Assembly: GCA_947085185.1 (NCBI GenBank)
Contig: CAMTVK010000019.1
Coordinates: 13,892-77,891 of the forward strand
Length of the DNA stretch: 64,000 nt
Reading direction: 5' to 3'
DNA from: Candidatus Fraserbacteria bacterium
Lineage (GTDB): Bacteria; Bipolaricaulota; Bipolaricaulia; RBG-16-55-9; DRXL01
The notes under the pieces are model-generated. The model did not search any database. It was not told the DNA's origin and was given only the letters and a program-made list of their open reading frames with translations. Positions 1 to 8,884 of this stretch are shown here, piece after piece; the stretch's first letter is position 1, and every line of letters starts with the position of its first letter. Both the position numbers and the translations under genes were made by a program.

Positions 1-661
1 TCGAGCGCATGAGCCTCATCAATAATCAAAATTTCTGCATCGGGCAGGAGCCCATGCCCAGACTCACGCCAGAGCGTCGCATCGGCAGCAAGAAGCGCGT
101 GATTGACCACCAAGAGATCTGCGCCAAACCATCGTTCTCGTGCGCGAAAATAAAAGCACTCATCATAATAAGGGCAGTCTTGTCTGAGGCACCCCGCGGC
201 GTCAGCGCTCACGTCGCTCCAGAGGGGACTGGGCGGGACAAGCGACTCCAGAGAGCCATCTTCAGTGTGCTGGGCCCAGCGCACCAGTCGTGTGTGCTCT
301 TGAGCTTCGAGGGGGGTTTTGGGCTGAAATCCATGGAGCGCCAGCAGACAGAGATAGTTTGAAAACCCCTTGGCCTCAGCAAAGCGAAAGCCCTTCACGC
401 GCGCCAGCAGGGGCAGGTCTTTCTGTATGAGCTGATCTTGCAAGTTCTTCTTATTGGTCGAGATGATCGTGCGCTTCCCAGAGAGGATGGCTGGGATGGC
501 GTAAGCGAAGGTCTTGCCCACACCGGTGGGGGCTTCGACGAGCAAGACTCCCCCAGAGCGCATGGCACGCTCACACGCGGTCACCATTGCCTGTTGGGAG
601 GGGCGCACCTCAAAGTCTGCGATATGCTCTGTGAGTCTCTGAAGAAATTCTCTGCCGGTCA
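1..661 (-). CDS. ATP-dependent DNA helicase, DinG/XPD (Rad3) family; N-terminal part, gene continues past the window start
   Basis: Reverse-strand translation from GTG at 661 reads VTGREFLQRLTEHIADFEVRPSQQAM...LLVEAPTGVGKTFAYAIPA (Walker A). It also shows a CLRQDCPYYDEC Fe-S cysteine cluster and IIDEAHAL (DEAH box). The ORF runs off the left edge of the window. Confidence 0.7.
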
Positions 662-753
662 CAGCTGTAAGTATACTCGGCAGCGGGCGGGCGTGCGAGT
701 TGGCAGGACGAGAGTTTTTTGGTATCTTGAAGTATCACTCTATACAGGGGTTG

Positions 754-1212
754 ATGCCCATGCACACCAATCACGTCTTTCACGTCTATGGCCGGTGGGA
801 GGGCGGCGTAAACGGCAGAGGCGAGATCGTCAACGAGCACCAGACGATACGCACGCCCTTTGGGGTGGCCGAGGAGTTTGGAGGGATTGGGGGGCCGACC
901 AATCCCGAAGAGCTCTTTCTTTCGGCGGCGTGCTCGTGCTATCTCATCACGCTCGCGTATGTTGCCGAGAAGATGCGTCTGCCCGTCAAGAGGCTCGAAT
1001 GTGAGGCCGAAGGGCGCGTCGCGCCCCACGAGGAGGGCGGGTTTCACTTCACGGAAATTATCTTAAAACCCCATTTTGAACTGGAGGGCGACCCCAAGGC
1101 CCACGACATGGCCATCGCGCGCGCCGTCAAGCTTGCCGAACAACGGTGCATCATCTCTCGCGCTGTGAAGGGCGCCGTCAGATACGAGATCAGGCCCACC
1201 GTGAGGGTCTAG
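754..1212 (+). CDS. osmC: OsmC/Ohr family peroxiredoxin-like protein
   Basis: The 151-aa product starting MPMHTNHVFHVYGRWEGG...PEELFLSAACSCYLITL has the paired Cys motif and length of OsmC. AGGGG lies 4 nt before ATG 754. The ORF-table start at 700 is an N-terminal over-extension. Confidence 0.7.
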   Translation: MPMHTNHVFHVYGRWEGGVNGRGEIVNEHQTIRTPFGVAEEFGGIGGPTNPEELFLSAACSCYLITLAYVAEKMRLPVKRLECEAEGRVAPHEEGGFHFTEIILKPHFELEGDPKAHDMAIARAVKLAEQRCIISRAVKGAVRYEIRPTVRV

Positions 1213-2366
1213 AGGCGCTCGAGCACCGTGGCGATCCCCTGGCCAAACCCGATGCACATTGTTACTAAGCCAAACTGAGCATCGCGGCGTTCGAGCTCAT
1301 AGAGAATCTTTGTGAAGAGAATAGCCCCTGTTGCGCCCAGCGGGTGCCCGTGCGCGATCGCCCCACCGTTGACGTTGACGCGCTCCCAGGGGACGTTCAG
1401 CTCTCTGCCCCAGGCGATGGGCACCGACGCGAACGCTTCATTGCACTCAAATACATCTATATCTCTGAGCGCCAGCCCCGCTTTGTGCAGGGCTTTCTTT
1501 GTAGCTGGGATTGGCCCCGTTAACATGAGAGTCGGATCTACTCCGGCGACCGCCCACGAACGAAAGCGCGCCTTGGGCTTGTAGCCCAGCGCTTTGGCTT
1601 TGTCGCGGGTCATCAGCAGGAGCGCTGCGGCCCCGTCGCTGATCTGCGAAGAGTTTCCCGCGGTGATGCGTCCGTTGGGGCGGAAGACCGGCGCGAGCTT
1701 GGCGAGCTTCGCTCGGCCCTCCTCTGGGGAAGTGTAGCGTCGGACGCCCTCGTCGTGTGTTATGACTCTTCCGTTGAGCGTGACGGGGACGATCTGGCCG
1801 TCAAAATATCCAGAATCTTGGGCGTGCGCCGCCTTCAGATGGCTCTGCAGAGAAAATTCGTCCAGTTCTTCGCGAGAAATCCCCCAGCGCTCGGCGATGC
1901 GCTCCGCCGATTCCCCTTGGGGGACGATCTCGTATTTTGCTAAAAGTTTTGGATTGAGTGGCTTGTCTAAATCTGAGCCCATCGGTTCGCGGGTCATGCT
2001 CTCGATCCCGCCGGCGATCGCGCAGTCGCAGACGCCGGCCAAGATCTCTTGGGCCGCAAAGTGAATCGCTTGTTGGGAGGAGCCGCACAGGCGATTGACC
2101 GTGACCCCTGCAGACTCGATGGGCAAGTCGGCTTCGAGCGCCATGATCCGAGCGATGTTAAAGCCCTGCTCGCCTCGAGCAGTGACGCACCCAAAGACGA
2201 CGTCTTCGATTTCAGAGAGACCGATGCGCGTGCGATCCAGCAGCGCTTTGATAGCGAGAACGCCGAGTTCGTCAGCGCGGGTATCTTTGAAAAAACCCTG
2301 GTGTTTCCCGATGGGCGTGCGAACCGCCTCAACAATGACGGGCTCGCGACCAGCGTCGATCGTCAT
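1209..2366 (-). CDS. acetyl-CoA acetyltransferase (thiolase)
   Basis: 385 aa with the thiolase active-site region NRLCGSSQQAI and C-terminal CIGFGQG. Confidence 0.9.
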   Translation of the reverse strand: MTIDAGREPVIVEAVRTPIGKHQGFFKDTRADELGVLAIKALLDRTRIGLSEIEDVVFGCVTARGEQGFNIARIMALEADLPIESAGVTVNRLCGSSQQAIHFAAQEILAGVCDCAIAGGIESMTREPMGSDLDKPLNPKLLAKYEIVPQGESAERIAERWGISREELDEFSLQSHLKAAHAQDSGYFDGQIVPVTLNGRVITHDEGVRRYTSPEEGRAKLAKLAPVFRPNGRITAGNSSQISDGAAALLLMTRDKAKALGYKPKARFRSWAVAGVDPTLMLTGPIPATKKALHKAGLALRDIDVFECNEAFASVPIAWGRELNVPWERVNVNGGAIAHGHPLGATGAILFTKILYELERRDAQFGLVTMCIGFGQGIATVLERL

Positions 2367-2367
2367 A

Positions 2368-2622
2368 TTACAGTTCGCCCATAGCTGCCAGGCCGTCGAG
2401 CAGGTCCTTCACCAGGGAGTCCACGTCGTTGTACGGGAATCGAGCCTTCCCGCCGAGCTTCTGCGACAACTCCATGGCTGTCCACGATTTGTTCCCCGCG
2501 GTGAATTTGGTCATCGGCCCCTGGGGCAGCACCGGGAGCAGATCGAAGACGCTCCTGACGGGGTACTTGGCTTTGCCGAAGACACTCTTGAGTTGGGCTT
2601 CTAATTCTTCGCGCGCACCCAT
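2368..2622 (-). CDS. small hypothetical protein (84 aa) immediately upstream of the thiolase on the same strand
   Basis: Clean ORF with only a 1-nt gap to the thiolase start, so it is operonic. No motif recognised. Confidence 0.4.
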   Translation of the reverse strand: MGAREELEAQLKSVFGKAKYPVRSVFDLLPVLPQGPMTKFTAGNKSWTAMELSQKLGGKARFPYNDVDSLVKDLLDGLAAMGEL

Positions 2623-2681
2623 GATGGACCTCCTTGTTGGCGCTTATATTTTGCCACAAGAGACGAGCAGTTGTCAAGCAG

Positions 2682-3182
2682 TTAGCGCGAGCGGCGCCCA
2701 CGCACCAGAGCACTATGAACCGAATCGGTGAGCGTGTGAATGATATTGGGCAGCCAAAGCCCTGCGATAAGAATACTCAAGAGCTTCATAGCTATTGGTG
2801 GCGCGTTCAGGGAGTCAAGCGGGACCGCCCAGACGCGAAGATAGCTCAGCCCCAAGGCAATCACCAGAGCGAGAACTCCCAAATACCCCAGACGGGTCAG
2901 AGTGCCAAAGAGCAGGCTATGGCTGACCCCGCGATGCTTAAAGATCTTCGTATAGGGAATCCAGAGAAAGCCCAGCACCCCCCAGCGACGACGACTGCGA
3001 TTGTGCCGTAAGTCCAAGTCAGGGCTGAGCCATAAGCTCGAGCAGAGATACGCTCCGGCGAAGATGGCTATCTCTTTCCAACCGACGTCTATGAGCTGAG
3101 CTCTTTCGGCGAGCACGAGCGAGGCGACACAGAGGGGCAGCAGAAACAATTCGATGCGCAGATGCGTCCTTCCCGACGGCAT
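2682..3182 (-). CDS. membrane-bound metal-dependent hydrolase-like protein (YdjM/DUF2227-like)
   Basis: 166 aa with hydrophobic helices and conserved His positions (HSLLFG, HTLTDS). Confidence 0.4.
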   Translation of the reverse strand: MPSGRTHLRIELFLLPLCVASLVLAERAQLIDVGWKEIAIFAGAYLCSSLWLSPDLDLRHNRSRRRWGVLGFLWIPYTKIFKHRGVSHSLLFGTLTRLGYLGVLALVIALGLSYLRVWAVPLDSLNAPPIAMKLLSILIAGLWLPNIIHTLTDSVHSALVRGRRSR

Positions 3183-3343
3183 AGCGAGCTCACTCTACAG
3201 CAAGACCGTGCTTGGGGAAAGCCCCGGTGTCTTGGTGGGACGGCTCAAGGTTCCCTGCTTGACTGTGGGGGGCTGCGAGCATACAATGAGGGCAAGGAGT
3301 TGGCCCAGGAGGCTGTGCGGCACCCTCTCGGGACACAGGGGGA

Positions 3344-3446
3344 GCGTCAATTCGCGTTCAGTCCCGATGGGAAGCTGGTGGCCTCGGGCTCCGGTGATAA
3401 TACGATCAAGCTGTGGGATGTGAGCGATCTGGTGGGGAGGTGAGGG
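3344..3446 (+). pseudogene. WD40-repeat gene remnant (last repeat only)
   Basis: Translation ...FAFSPDGKLVASGSGDNTIKLWDVSDLVGR* is a single WD40 blade with no upstream repeats. The same 3' end is duplicated at 4173-4230. Confidence 0.5.
3384..3444 (+). repeat. direct repeat copy 1 (40-bp perfect core 3405-3444; homology extends from 3384)
   Basis: atcaagctgtgggatgtgagcgatctggtggggaggtgag is identical to 4191-4230, and the upstream tcgggctcc is also shared. Confidence 0.9.
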
Positions 3447-3545
3447 GCAGGCAGCGCAGGCAGAAGACCAAAGCTAGGAATAGCTGTCAGCGAGCAAAAT
3501 GCCCACTTCGTCGGCTTAGGGTACAATACTTGAAGGTGGTCTAGC

Positions 3546-3776
3546 ATGGCGCAAATCGCTGAACGCATTGAAATCGATCCCCACATCCATCACGGCAAGC
3601 CGGTCATCGCAGGCACTCGGGTGCCGGTCCACATGGTACTAGGGCTCTTGGCTAACGGCGTGACTCCCGAAGAGATCATCCGAGATTACTACGATCACAT
3701 CACTAAAGAAGATATTCTCGCGTGCATTCGCTACGCGCAGGCCCTCGTGGAAGAGGAAGAAGTTCACGCCGTCTAG
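3546..3776 (+). CDS. DUF433 family protein (antitoxin-like)
   Basis: 76 aa: MAQIAERIEIDPHIHHGKPVIAGTRVPVHMVLGLLANGVTPEEIIRDY. GAAGGTGG ribosome-binding site upstream. Confidence 0.8.
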   Translation: MAQIAERIEIDPHIHHGKPVIAGTRVPVHMVLGLLANGVTPEEIIRDYYDHITKEDILACIRYAQALVEEEEVHAV

Positions 3777-3778
3777 CA

Positions 3779-4141
3779 ATGGCCCGCTTTTTAGCGGACG
3801 AGTGCACCTTCACTGCTACGGTCCGCCTCATGAGGGATTTGGGGTTTCAAGTGCAGCGCGTCCAGGAACTAAGCATGACTGGCGCGGCTGATATGGACGT
3901 CTTTCAGAAGGCCCAACAGCTGCAAGCAGTCCTCGTGACGAATGATCAAGGCTTTGGGGATGTGCGGACCTATCCACCTTCATCGCATCAAGGGGTAATC
4001 GTCTTGAAGATGGAGCCCGATCCTAAAAAGGTGCAAGCAGTCCACCGCGTGCTAAAGGAACTCCTGAAAAAGGAGCAACGATTTGAGCGGTGTCTTTTTG
4101 TGGTGGACACGAGTACATATCGCAAGCGAACAAAACCTTAA
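3779..4141 (+). CDS. DUF5615 (PIN-like) family protein (toxin-like)
   Basis: ATG lies 3 nt after the DUF433 stop. MARFLADECTFTATVRLMRDLGFQVQRVQEL...VLVTNDQGF has the PIN-like acidic pattern. Confidence 0.75.
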   Translation: MARFLADECTFTATVRLMRDLGFQVQRVQELSMTGAADMDVFQKAQQLQAVLVTNDQGFGDVRTYPPSSHQGVIVLKMEPDPKKVQAVHRVLKELLKKEQRFERCLFVVDTSTYRKRTKP

Positions 4142-4172
4142 CGAGCTTTTGCCGGAAGTGGCGCTTTTGGCT

Positions 4173-4230
4173 TCGGGCTCCTACAGAGAGATCAAGCTGT
4201 GGGATGTGAGCGATCTGGTGGGGAGGTGAG
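4173..4230 (+). repeat. direct repeat copy 2 (40-bp perfect core 4191-4230)
   Basis: Identical to 3405-3444. It encodes ...IKLWDVSDLVGR* again. Confidence 0.9.
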
Positions 4231-4245
4231 AGAGTAGGACAGTTA

Positions 4246-5079
4246 TTAGTAATCCCGGCGCGAGAAGAGATAGATTCCCAAGGCCAGCATGACCACGGCA
4301 AAGAGCGCCGAAGACCACATGGAAAACCCCCAAGAGCTCACTGTGCTCTCCAGGCCGATCAGCTTGACCATGAGGGCTTCCAAATCTTTGGTCTTGGGAA
4401 GAATATCATACAGAACATCGAGGGCTTTCCCGAACACAGGCGAAAGCCCTCGGAAGAGGTCACGCGATGCCGCCAAGTGCGAAAGCCCCCACACAATCAG
4501 GGTGGCCACGAGCGCCAAGCCCGTCCCCTCGCTCAGCAGCGCCATCAGCGCGGCAAAGCTATAGAAGACCGCAAACAAGAAGACGACAACCAAGCCCGCC
4601 TCAATCAGCCCCGTCTCTGTCATGCCCGTCTTCCATAGCAACAGCATCCACAGCCCCACACAAAAGAGCATCGTCGTGACAAAGACTAAGAGCACTCCGC
4701 CCAGATAGCGAGCCAAATAGAGCTCCCAGCGCGCGATGGGCCTCGCTAACAAAAGATAGAGCCTGCCCCGCGCAAGCATGCTCGAAAACAGCCCAGTTGC
4801 GATAAATAACCCCAAAAAGAGCCCCCACGGATTGAGCAAGCTCACGGCCAAGGCCTCGACGATATTCGCAAACATCGAAATGGGTATCTCAGGCACTCGG
4901 TTCCCAAAGATATAGAGCGTGATCATCCCAGGCTGGCCCTCCACATGACGGACACTGATCCCGAACGCAAAGAACAAGAGCAAGAGAAACACAATAGCGG
5001 CCAGCGCAAGAGAAGTCCTTCGGGCCCACGACTCCCGCCAACTCTCTTCGATGATCGCCCAGAAAGCTAAAGCGTTCAT
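4246..5079 (-). CDS. ABC-2 type transporter permease
   Basis: 277 aa polytopic membrane protein that overlaps the upstream ATPase gene by 4 nt. Confidence 0.7.
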   Translation of the reverse strand: MNALAFWAIIEESWRESWARRTSLALAAIVFLLLLFFAFGISVRHVEGQPGMITLYIFGNRVPEIPISMFANIVEALAVSLLNPWGLFLGLFIATGLFSSMLARGRLYLLLARPIARWELYLARYLGGVLLVFVTTMLFCVGLWMLLLWKTGMTETGLIEAGLVVVFLFAVFYSFAALMALLSEGTGLALVATLIVWGLSHLAASRDLFRGLSPVFGKALDVLYDILPKTKDLEALMVKLIGLESTVSSWGFSMWSSALFAVVMLALGIYLFSRRDY

Positions 5080-5822
5080 AGTGAATCTGTCGCGTGTGGC
5101 CCGCGAATCAGCTCTACGAACACGTCCTCGAGGCTCTTGCCCTGGGTCAGCTCCTCAACGGTGCCTTCTGTGAGGAGCTGACCCTGATGGAGAATCGCCA
5201 CGCGATCGCAAATTCTTTCGATTTCCGTAAGCACATGCGAGCTGATAAAGACCGTCGTCCCCTCACCCTTGAGTCTTAGGAGAAGATCTTTGACATCCTT
5301 GCGTCCGAGGGGATCTAAGTTGGCTGTGGGCTCATCTAAGATCAAGAGCTTGGGCTTGTTGAGCAACGCTTGCGCAAGACCGAGGCGCTGGCGCATCCCT
5401 TTGGAGAATTCTCTGACTTTGGAAGCGCGCCGGTCGTCCAGCCCTACAAGCTTCAAGAGCGCATCGACGTGCGCGCGATCGTGGATGCCCGAGAGCTTGC
5501 TGAAGAAATCCAGGACTTGCCAAGCTTTTAAGTACTCCGGCAGCTGGTGATCTTCAGGGAGATATCCCACGAGTCGGCGCGCCTCTGCGCGGCGGCTGTC
5601 GAGCCCAAACAGCTTAACCGTGCCGCGATCAGCAGATACAATCCCCAAAAGAATCTTGATGAGCGTCGTCTTGCCTGCGCCGTTGGGGCCGAGCAGCCCG
5701 AAGATCTCGCCCTCTTGGACGCGCAAGCTCACGCCCCGGAGCGCCTCAATGCCAGTGCGCCGCACAATCCCTCGATAAGTTTTGTAAAGCTCGATGGCTT
5801 CAAGAGCGTCGCCCATGATCAA
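5076..5822 (-). CDS. ABC transporter ATP-binding protein
   Basis: Walker A GPNGAGKTT, signature LSKGMRQRL, Walker B LLILDEPT. Confidence 0.9.
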   Translation of the reverse strand: MIMGDALEAIELYKTYRGIVRRTGIEALRGVSLRVQEGEIFGLLGPNGAGKTTLIKILLGIVSADRGTVKLFGLDSRRAEARRLVGYLPEDHQLPEYLKAWQVLDFFSKLSGIHDRAHVDALLKLVGLDDRRASKVREFSKGMRQRLGLAQALLNKPKLLILDEPTANLDPLGRKDVKDLLLRLKGEGTTVFISSHVLTEIERICDRVAILHQGQLLTEGTVEELTQGKSLEDVFVELIRGPHATDSL

Positions 5823-5970
5823 GCTCCTAGGATAAGCGTTGCGCTATGGGGATGTCAAGTTGGCTCTCGGGGGGACAATGCGCGCACCTGGCGAGCAGCG
5901 GTAGGGCCTTCTGGTTTTCAGCAACTGGTCGCAGTTCGATACCCAAGGATTCTCATTAAAATAACGTTCC

Positions 5971-5997
5971 GGTAACGATCTCTTGGCGCAGGGACCG
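5971..5997 (+). promoter_or_regulatory. 27-bp conserved upstream element (copy 1), 7 nt upstream of the cspA -35 box
   Basis: ggtaacgatctcttggcgcagggaccg. Its reverse complement occurs at 16053-16079 with the same 7-nt spacing to a TTGACA. Confidence 0.5.
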
Positions 5998-6004
5998 CAC
6001 CCCC

Positions 6005-6033
6005 TTGACAAATCCCTGTGAATGTGCTATAGT
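6005..6033 (+). promoter_or_regulatory. sigma70-type promoter of cspA (TTGACA-N17-TATAGT)
   Basis: TTGACA at 6005-6010, 17-nt spacer, TATAGT at 6028-6033. This gives an approximately 165-nt leader before cspA. Confidence 0.55.
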
Positions 6034-6204
6034 ACATTTAGCTGTACGACTTGTCTTGGTCGTTGCGACATATGATGTGACCCATCGAAGGCGCTGCACC
6101 AGCCAAGTTCGACCCTCCGACACGTGACGTTGCCGGGGCCTACACCCCTGATGCACGAGACGGACGTCGAGACGGGAATAAGACAGCAGAAAGGGGTTGT
6201 GCAC

Positions 6205-6408
6205 ATGGTAACCGGCAAAGTCAAGTGGTTCAACGACGCCAAGGGCTATGGCTTCATCCAACAGGATAACGGCGGCCCGGACGTCTTTGTGCACTTCTCA
6301 GCCATCAAGGCCGAGGGGTTCAAGACCTTGCGCGAGGGCCAAGCGGTGGAGTTCGAGATCACCAGCGACGCCAAAGGCCCCCGAGCCGCAAACGTCCAGC
6401 CCAAATAA
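6205..6408 (+). CDS. cspA: cold-shock protein CspA family
   Basis: [34 protein letters not shown], with RNP1/RNP2 motifs. Confidence 0.9.
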   Translation: MVTGKVKWFNDAKGYGFIQQDNGGPDVFVHFSAIKAEGFKTLREGQAVEFEITSDAKGPRAANVQPK

Positions 6409-6435
6409 GCGCGTCTGATCACACAGACAGCTTGT

Positions 6436-6471
6436 CCCCGGCACGGGCACTGCCCTGCCGGGGATCTTTTT
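6436..6471 (+). terminator. rho-independent terminator after cspA
   Basis: GC hairpin ccccggcacgggca/tgccctgccgggg followed by atcttttt. Confidence 0.6.
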
Positions 6472-6529
6472 GGGGTTGCAGAATGCCCCCATTTCGTCTA
6501 TTGTAGAGTTGACAGCGAGGTGTCATCCT

Positions 6530-8245
6530 ATGGCCGACCGATCCCGAAATCGTCGCAACAGTGAAGAGCGTCCGCCCCTGGAGCCTGGTGGGCCAGGCCG
6601 CCCCGAAGGTCGCATTCGTGCTGTAGCTATCCTAGAAGAGATCCTGCGCTATACCCCACAAAACGATCCACGCATGGGGCTGTTAGAGCTGCTCTATGAG
6701 CAGCTCCAGGCCGACGAGCGCGCCTACCGCGAGGCCCAGGAGACCATCCGACAGTTCAACGAAACGTATGAGAAGCTGACATCCCCAGCCAATCGCATCG
6801 GCACGTTCTTAGGGGCGCCCCAAGAGGGCATCGCCTATATCGCCGTGGGCGATGCCGAGTACTATGCCAACGTTGATCCTAAGCTCGACGTGAAGCAGCT
6901 CAAGGTGGGCACTCGCGTCAAGATCAATGAAGCGTTTGCCGTGGTCGGCGATATTGGGTATCACCCTGAGGGCCCCATGGTGAAGGTCGCCGAGGTCCTG
7001 CCCGATGGGAGATTGAGAATTGCCATGGATGCCCAGATGGGCTCCGGGCGGATCGTGCTGCGCTCTTCAGATCTAGCAGAAAAAGCTCTCAAAGTTGGGG
7101 ACGAGGTACGCCTTGAGCCGACGATGCGCGTGGCGCTGGAGCATTTTCAGAAATCTGAGGTGCGCGGGTATTTCTTAGAGAAAATCCCTGAAATCCCGTG
7201 GGAGAAGATCGGCGGCCAAGAAGAAGCGATCTCCCTCATCCGTGATACGATCGAGCGCCCGCTGCTTTATCCGGAGCTCTATAAAAAGTTTGGCAAGCGC
7301 CATCTGAAGGGGATCTTGCTCTATGGGCCTCCTGGCTGTGGCAAGACTCTCATTGGGAAAGCTACAGCGTATAATCTCACCAAAGCGTATCGGGAGCGCA
7401 CGGGGCGCGACGTGCGCGAGTACTTTATGCTCATCAACGGGCCGCAGCTGCTCAACATGTGGCTGGGGGAGACGGAGCGCTTTATTCGAGAGATCTTCGC
7501 GGCGGCGCGCGAGCGCGCCAAGGAAGGGTACTTAGTCTTCATCTTCATCGATGAGGCCGACGCCCTGCTGCGGGTGCGCAGCTCCGGCAGATACTTAAAT
7601 ATCGCGAACACGGTCGTGCCCCAGTTTGCCGCGGAGATGGACGGGCTGGTCTCACTAGAGAACGTCGTCGTCATGCTCACGAGCAATCGTCCTGACTATA
7701 TTGACCCGGCGATCTTGCGCCCGGAGCGCATCGACCGAAAGGTCAAAGTCGGGCGTCCCAACCGCGACGCATCGCGCGCTATTTTTGCGATCTATCTGGA
7801 CGAGAGCGTCCCACTCGATCCAGAGACGGTCACCAAGCACGGCAGCCCTGAGGCGGCGCGACAGGCATTAGTCGAGCACGCAGCAGATTATCTCTTCCGC
7901 AGGGACCGAGAGACCGCGTTTTTAGAAGTTGTGCTCAAGAGCGGGCGGCGCGAGACGCTCTATTGGTGCGATCTCGTCAGTGGCGCTCTCATTATGTCCG
8001 CCGTGGAGCGCGCCAAAGATATGGCCATCAGACGGTGTATCGAGAAGGGCACCGACACCGAGGGCGTCAGTTTAGAAGACCTCAAAGGAGCGATTCGGCA
8101 AGAGTACAAAGAGAGCGAGATCTTCCCCAAGACGGATTATCTTGAAGATTGGCTGAAGCTCTTGGACTACGATCCAGAAGAGGTCGTCGAGGTGCGCCCG
8201 GTGCGTGAGAGTCGTGAGCGCCGTGCCGGCGAGATGGTGGTGTAG
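6530..8245 (+). CDS. ARC/Mpa-like AAA+ ATPase (proteasome-associated ATPase family) without a C-terminal GQYL docking motif
   Basis: N-terminal coiled-coil, OB-like interdomain, Walker A GPPGCGKTL, Walker B FIFIDEAD. Blocks typical of Mpa/ARC are YFMLINGPQLLNMWLGETERFIREIF, VVPQF..EMDGL, and SNRPDYIDPAILRPERIDRKVKVGRP. The protein ends ...GEMVV. Confidence 0.75.
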   Translation: MADRSRNRRNSEERPPLEPGGPGRPEGRIRAVAILEEILRYTPQNDPRMGLLELLYEQLQADERAYREAQETIRQFNETYEKLTSPANRIGTFLGAPQEGIAYIAVGDAEYYANVDPKLDVKQLKVGTRVKINEAFAVVGDIGYHPEGPMVKVAEVLPDGRLRIAMDAQMGSGRIVLRSSDLAEKALKVGDEVRLEPTMRVALEHFQKSEVRGYFLEKIPEIPWEKIGGQEEAISLIRDTIERPLLYPELYKKFGKRHLKGILLYGPPGCGKTLIGKATAYNLTKAYRERTGRDVREYFMLINGPQLLNMWLGETERFIREIFAAARERAKEGYLVFIFIDEADALLRVRSSGRYLNIANTVVPQFAAEMDGLVSLENVVVMLTSNRPDYIDPAILRPERIDRKVKVGRPNRDASRAIFAIYLDESVPLDPETVTKHGSPEAARQALVEHAADYLFRRDRETAFLEVVLKSGRRETLYWCDLVSGALIMSAVERAKDMAIRRCIEKGTDTEGVSLEDLKGAIRQEYKESEIFPKTDYLEDWLKLLDYDPEEVVEVRPVRESRERRAGEMVV

Positions 8246-8249
8246 GACA

Positions 8250-8543
8250 ATGGTGAAGCCTGCAGTGACTAAGCACCCACATATTGAGTGCCACGCTGAA
8301 GTTTGTGGCGGTGAGCCAGTGATCAAAGGAACGCGGATCACTGTGGGGCTCATCGCAGAATTGGAGCAAATGGGCAAGACAGCTGATGAGATCGTGGCGC
8401 TCTATCCCCATATCACGCACGCTCAGGTCTACGATGCACTGGCATATTATTATGACAACAAAGGAGAGATAGATCGCTACCGCCAAGAGAATTCCGAAGA
8501 GCATTTACGCCAGAAATACAAAGGGGCCTCTTGGATGAAGTGA
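8250..8543 (+). CDS. DUF433 family protein (second copy)
   Basis: MVKPAVTKHPHIECHAEVCGGEPVIKGTRITVGLIAELEQMGKTADEIVALYP. ATG lies 4 nt after the ARC stop. Confidence 0.75.
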   Translation: MVKPAVTKHPHIECHAEVCGGEPVIKGTRITVGLIAELEQMGKTADEIVALYPHITHAQVYDALAYYYDNKGEIDRYRQENSEEHLRQKYKGASWMK

Positions 8544-8884
8544 AACTTTATCTGGACGAAAATATCACTCCGATGTTAGCAAGTGTGTTGCGAGGGCGAG
8601 GGTATGACGTGGTCAGCGCGCACGAGGTCGGCATGAGGGGCAAATCAGATGAAGAGCAACTAGAATACGCCGTCTCGCGGGGACGTGCTTTGCTGACGTT
8701 CAATGCCAAGCACTTTGCTCCTCTGGCTGAAAAGTATTTCAAGAAAGGCCGAGAGCATCACGGGATCGTCGCCACAAAAACCCTCGACTTGCCCGGGTTG
8801 ATCCGCTTGACAATCAACCTGCTCCACCGTGCTAAAACTGAAGAACTGAAGAATAATTTTGTCTGGCTGGAGAGCTATCGCTGA
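8531..8884 (+). CDS. DUF5615 (PIN-like) family protein (second copy)
   Basis: Overlaps the DUF433 stop. MDEVKLYLDENITPMLASVLRGRGYDVV... Confidence 0.75.
   Translation: MDEVKLYLDENITPMLASVLRGRGYDVVSAHEVGMRGKSDEEQLEYAVSRGRALLTFNAKHFAPLAEKYFKKGREHHGIVATKTLDLPGLIRLTINLLHRAKTEELKNNFVWLESYR

Noticed and set aside
2368-2622. The small protein upstream of the thiolase as a Pup-like tag for the ARC ATPase.
   Set aside because: It is 84 aa, predicted structured, and lacks the C-terminal GGQ/GGE and the disordered character of Pup. It is also 4 kb from the ATPase.
3154-3443. A full WD40-repeat protein gene (ORFs 3154-3423 / 3162-3443).
   Set aside because: Only the final about 30 codons look like a WD40 blade. 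The upstream 60 codons are Arg/Gly-rich non-repeat sequence overlapping the end of the convergent 2682-3182 gene.
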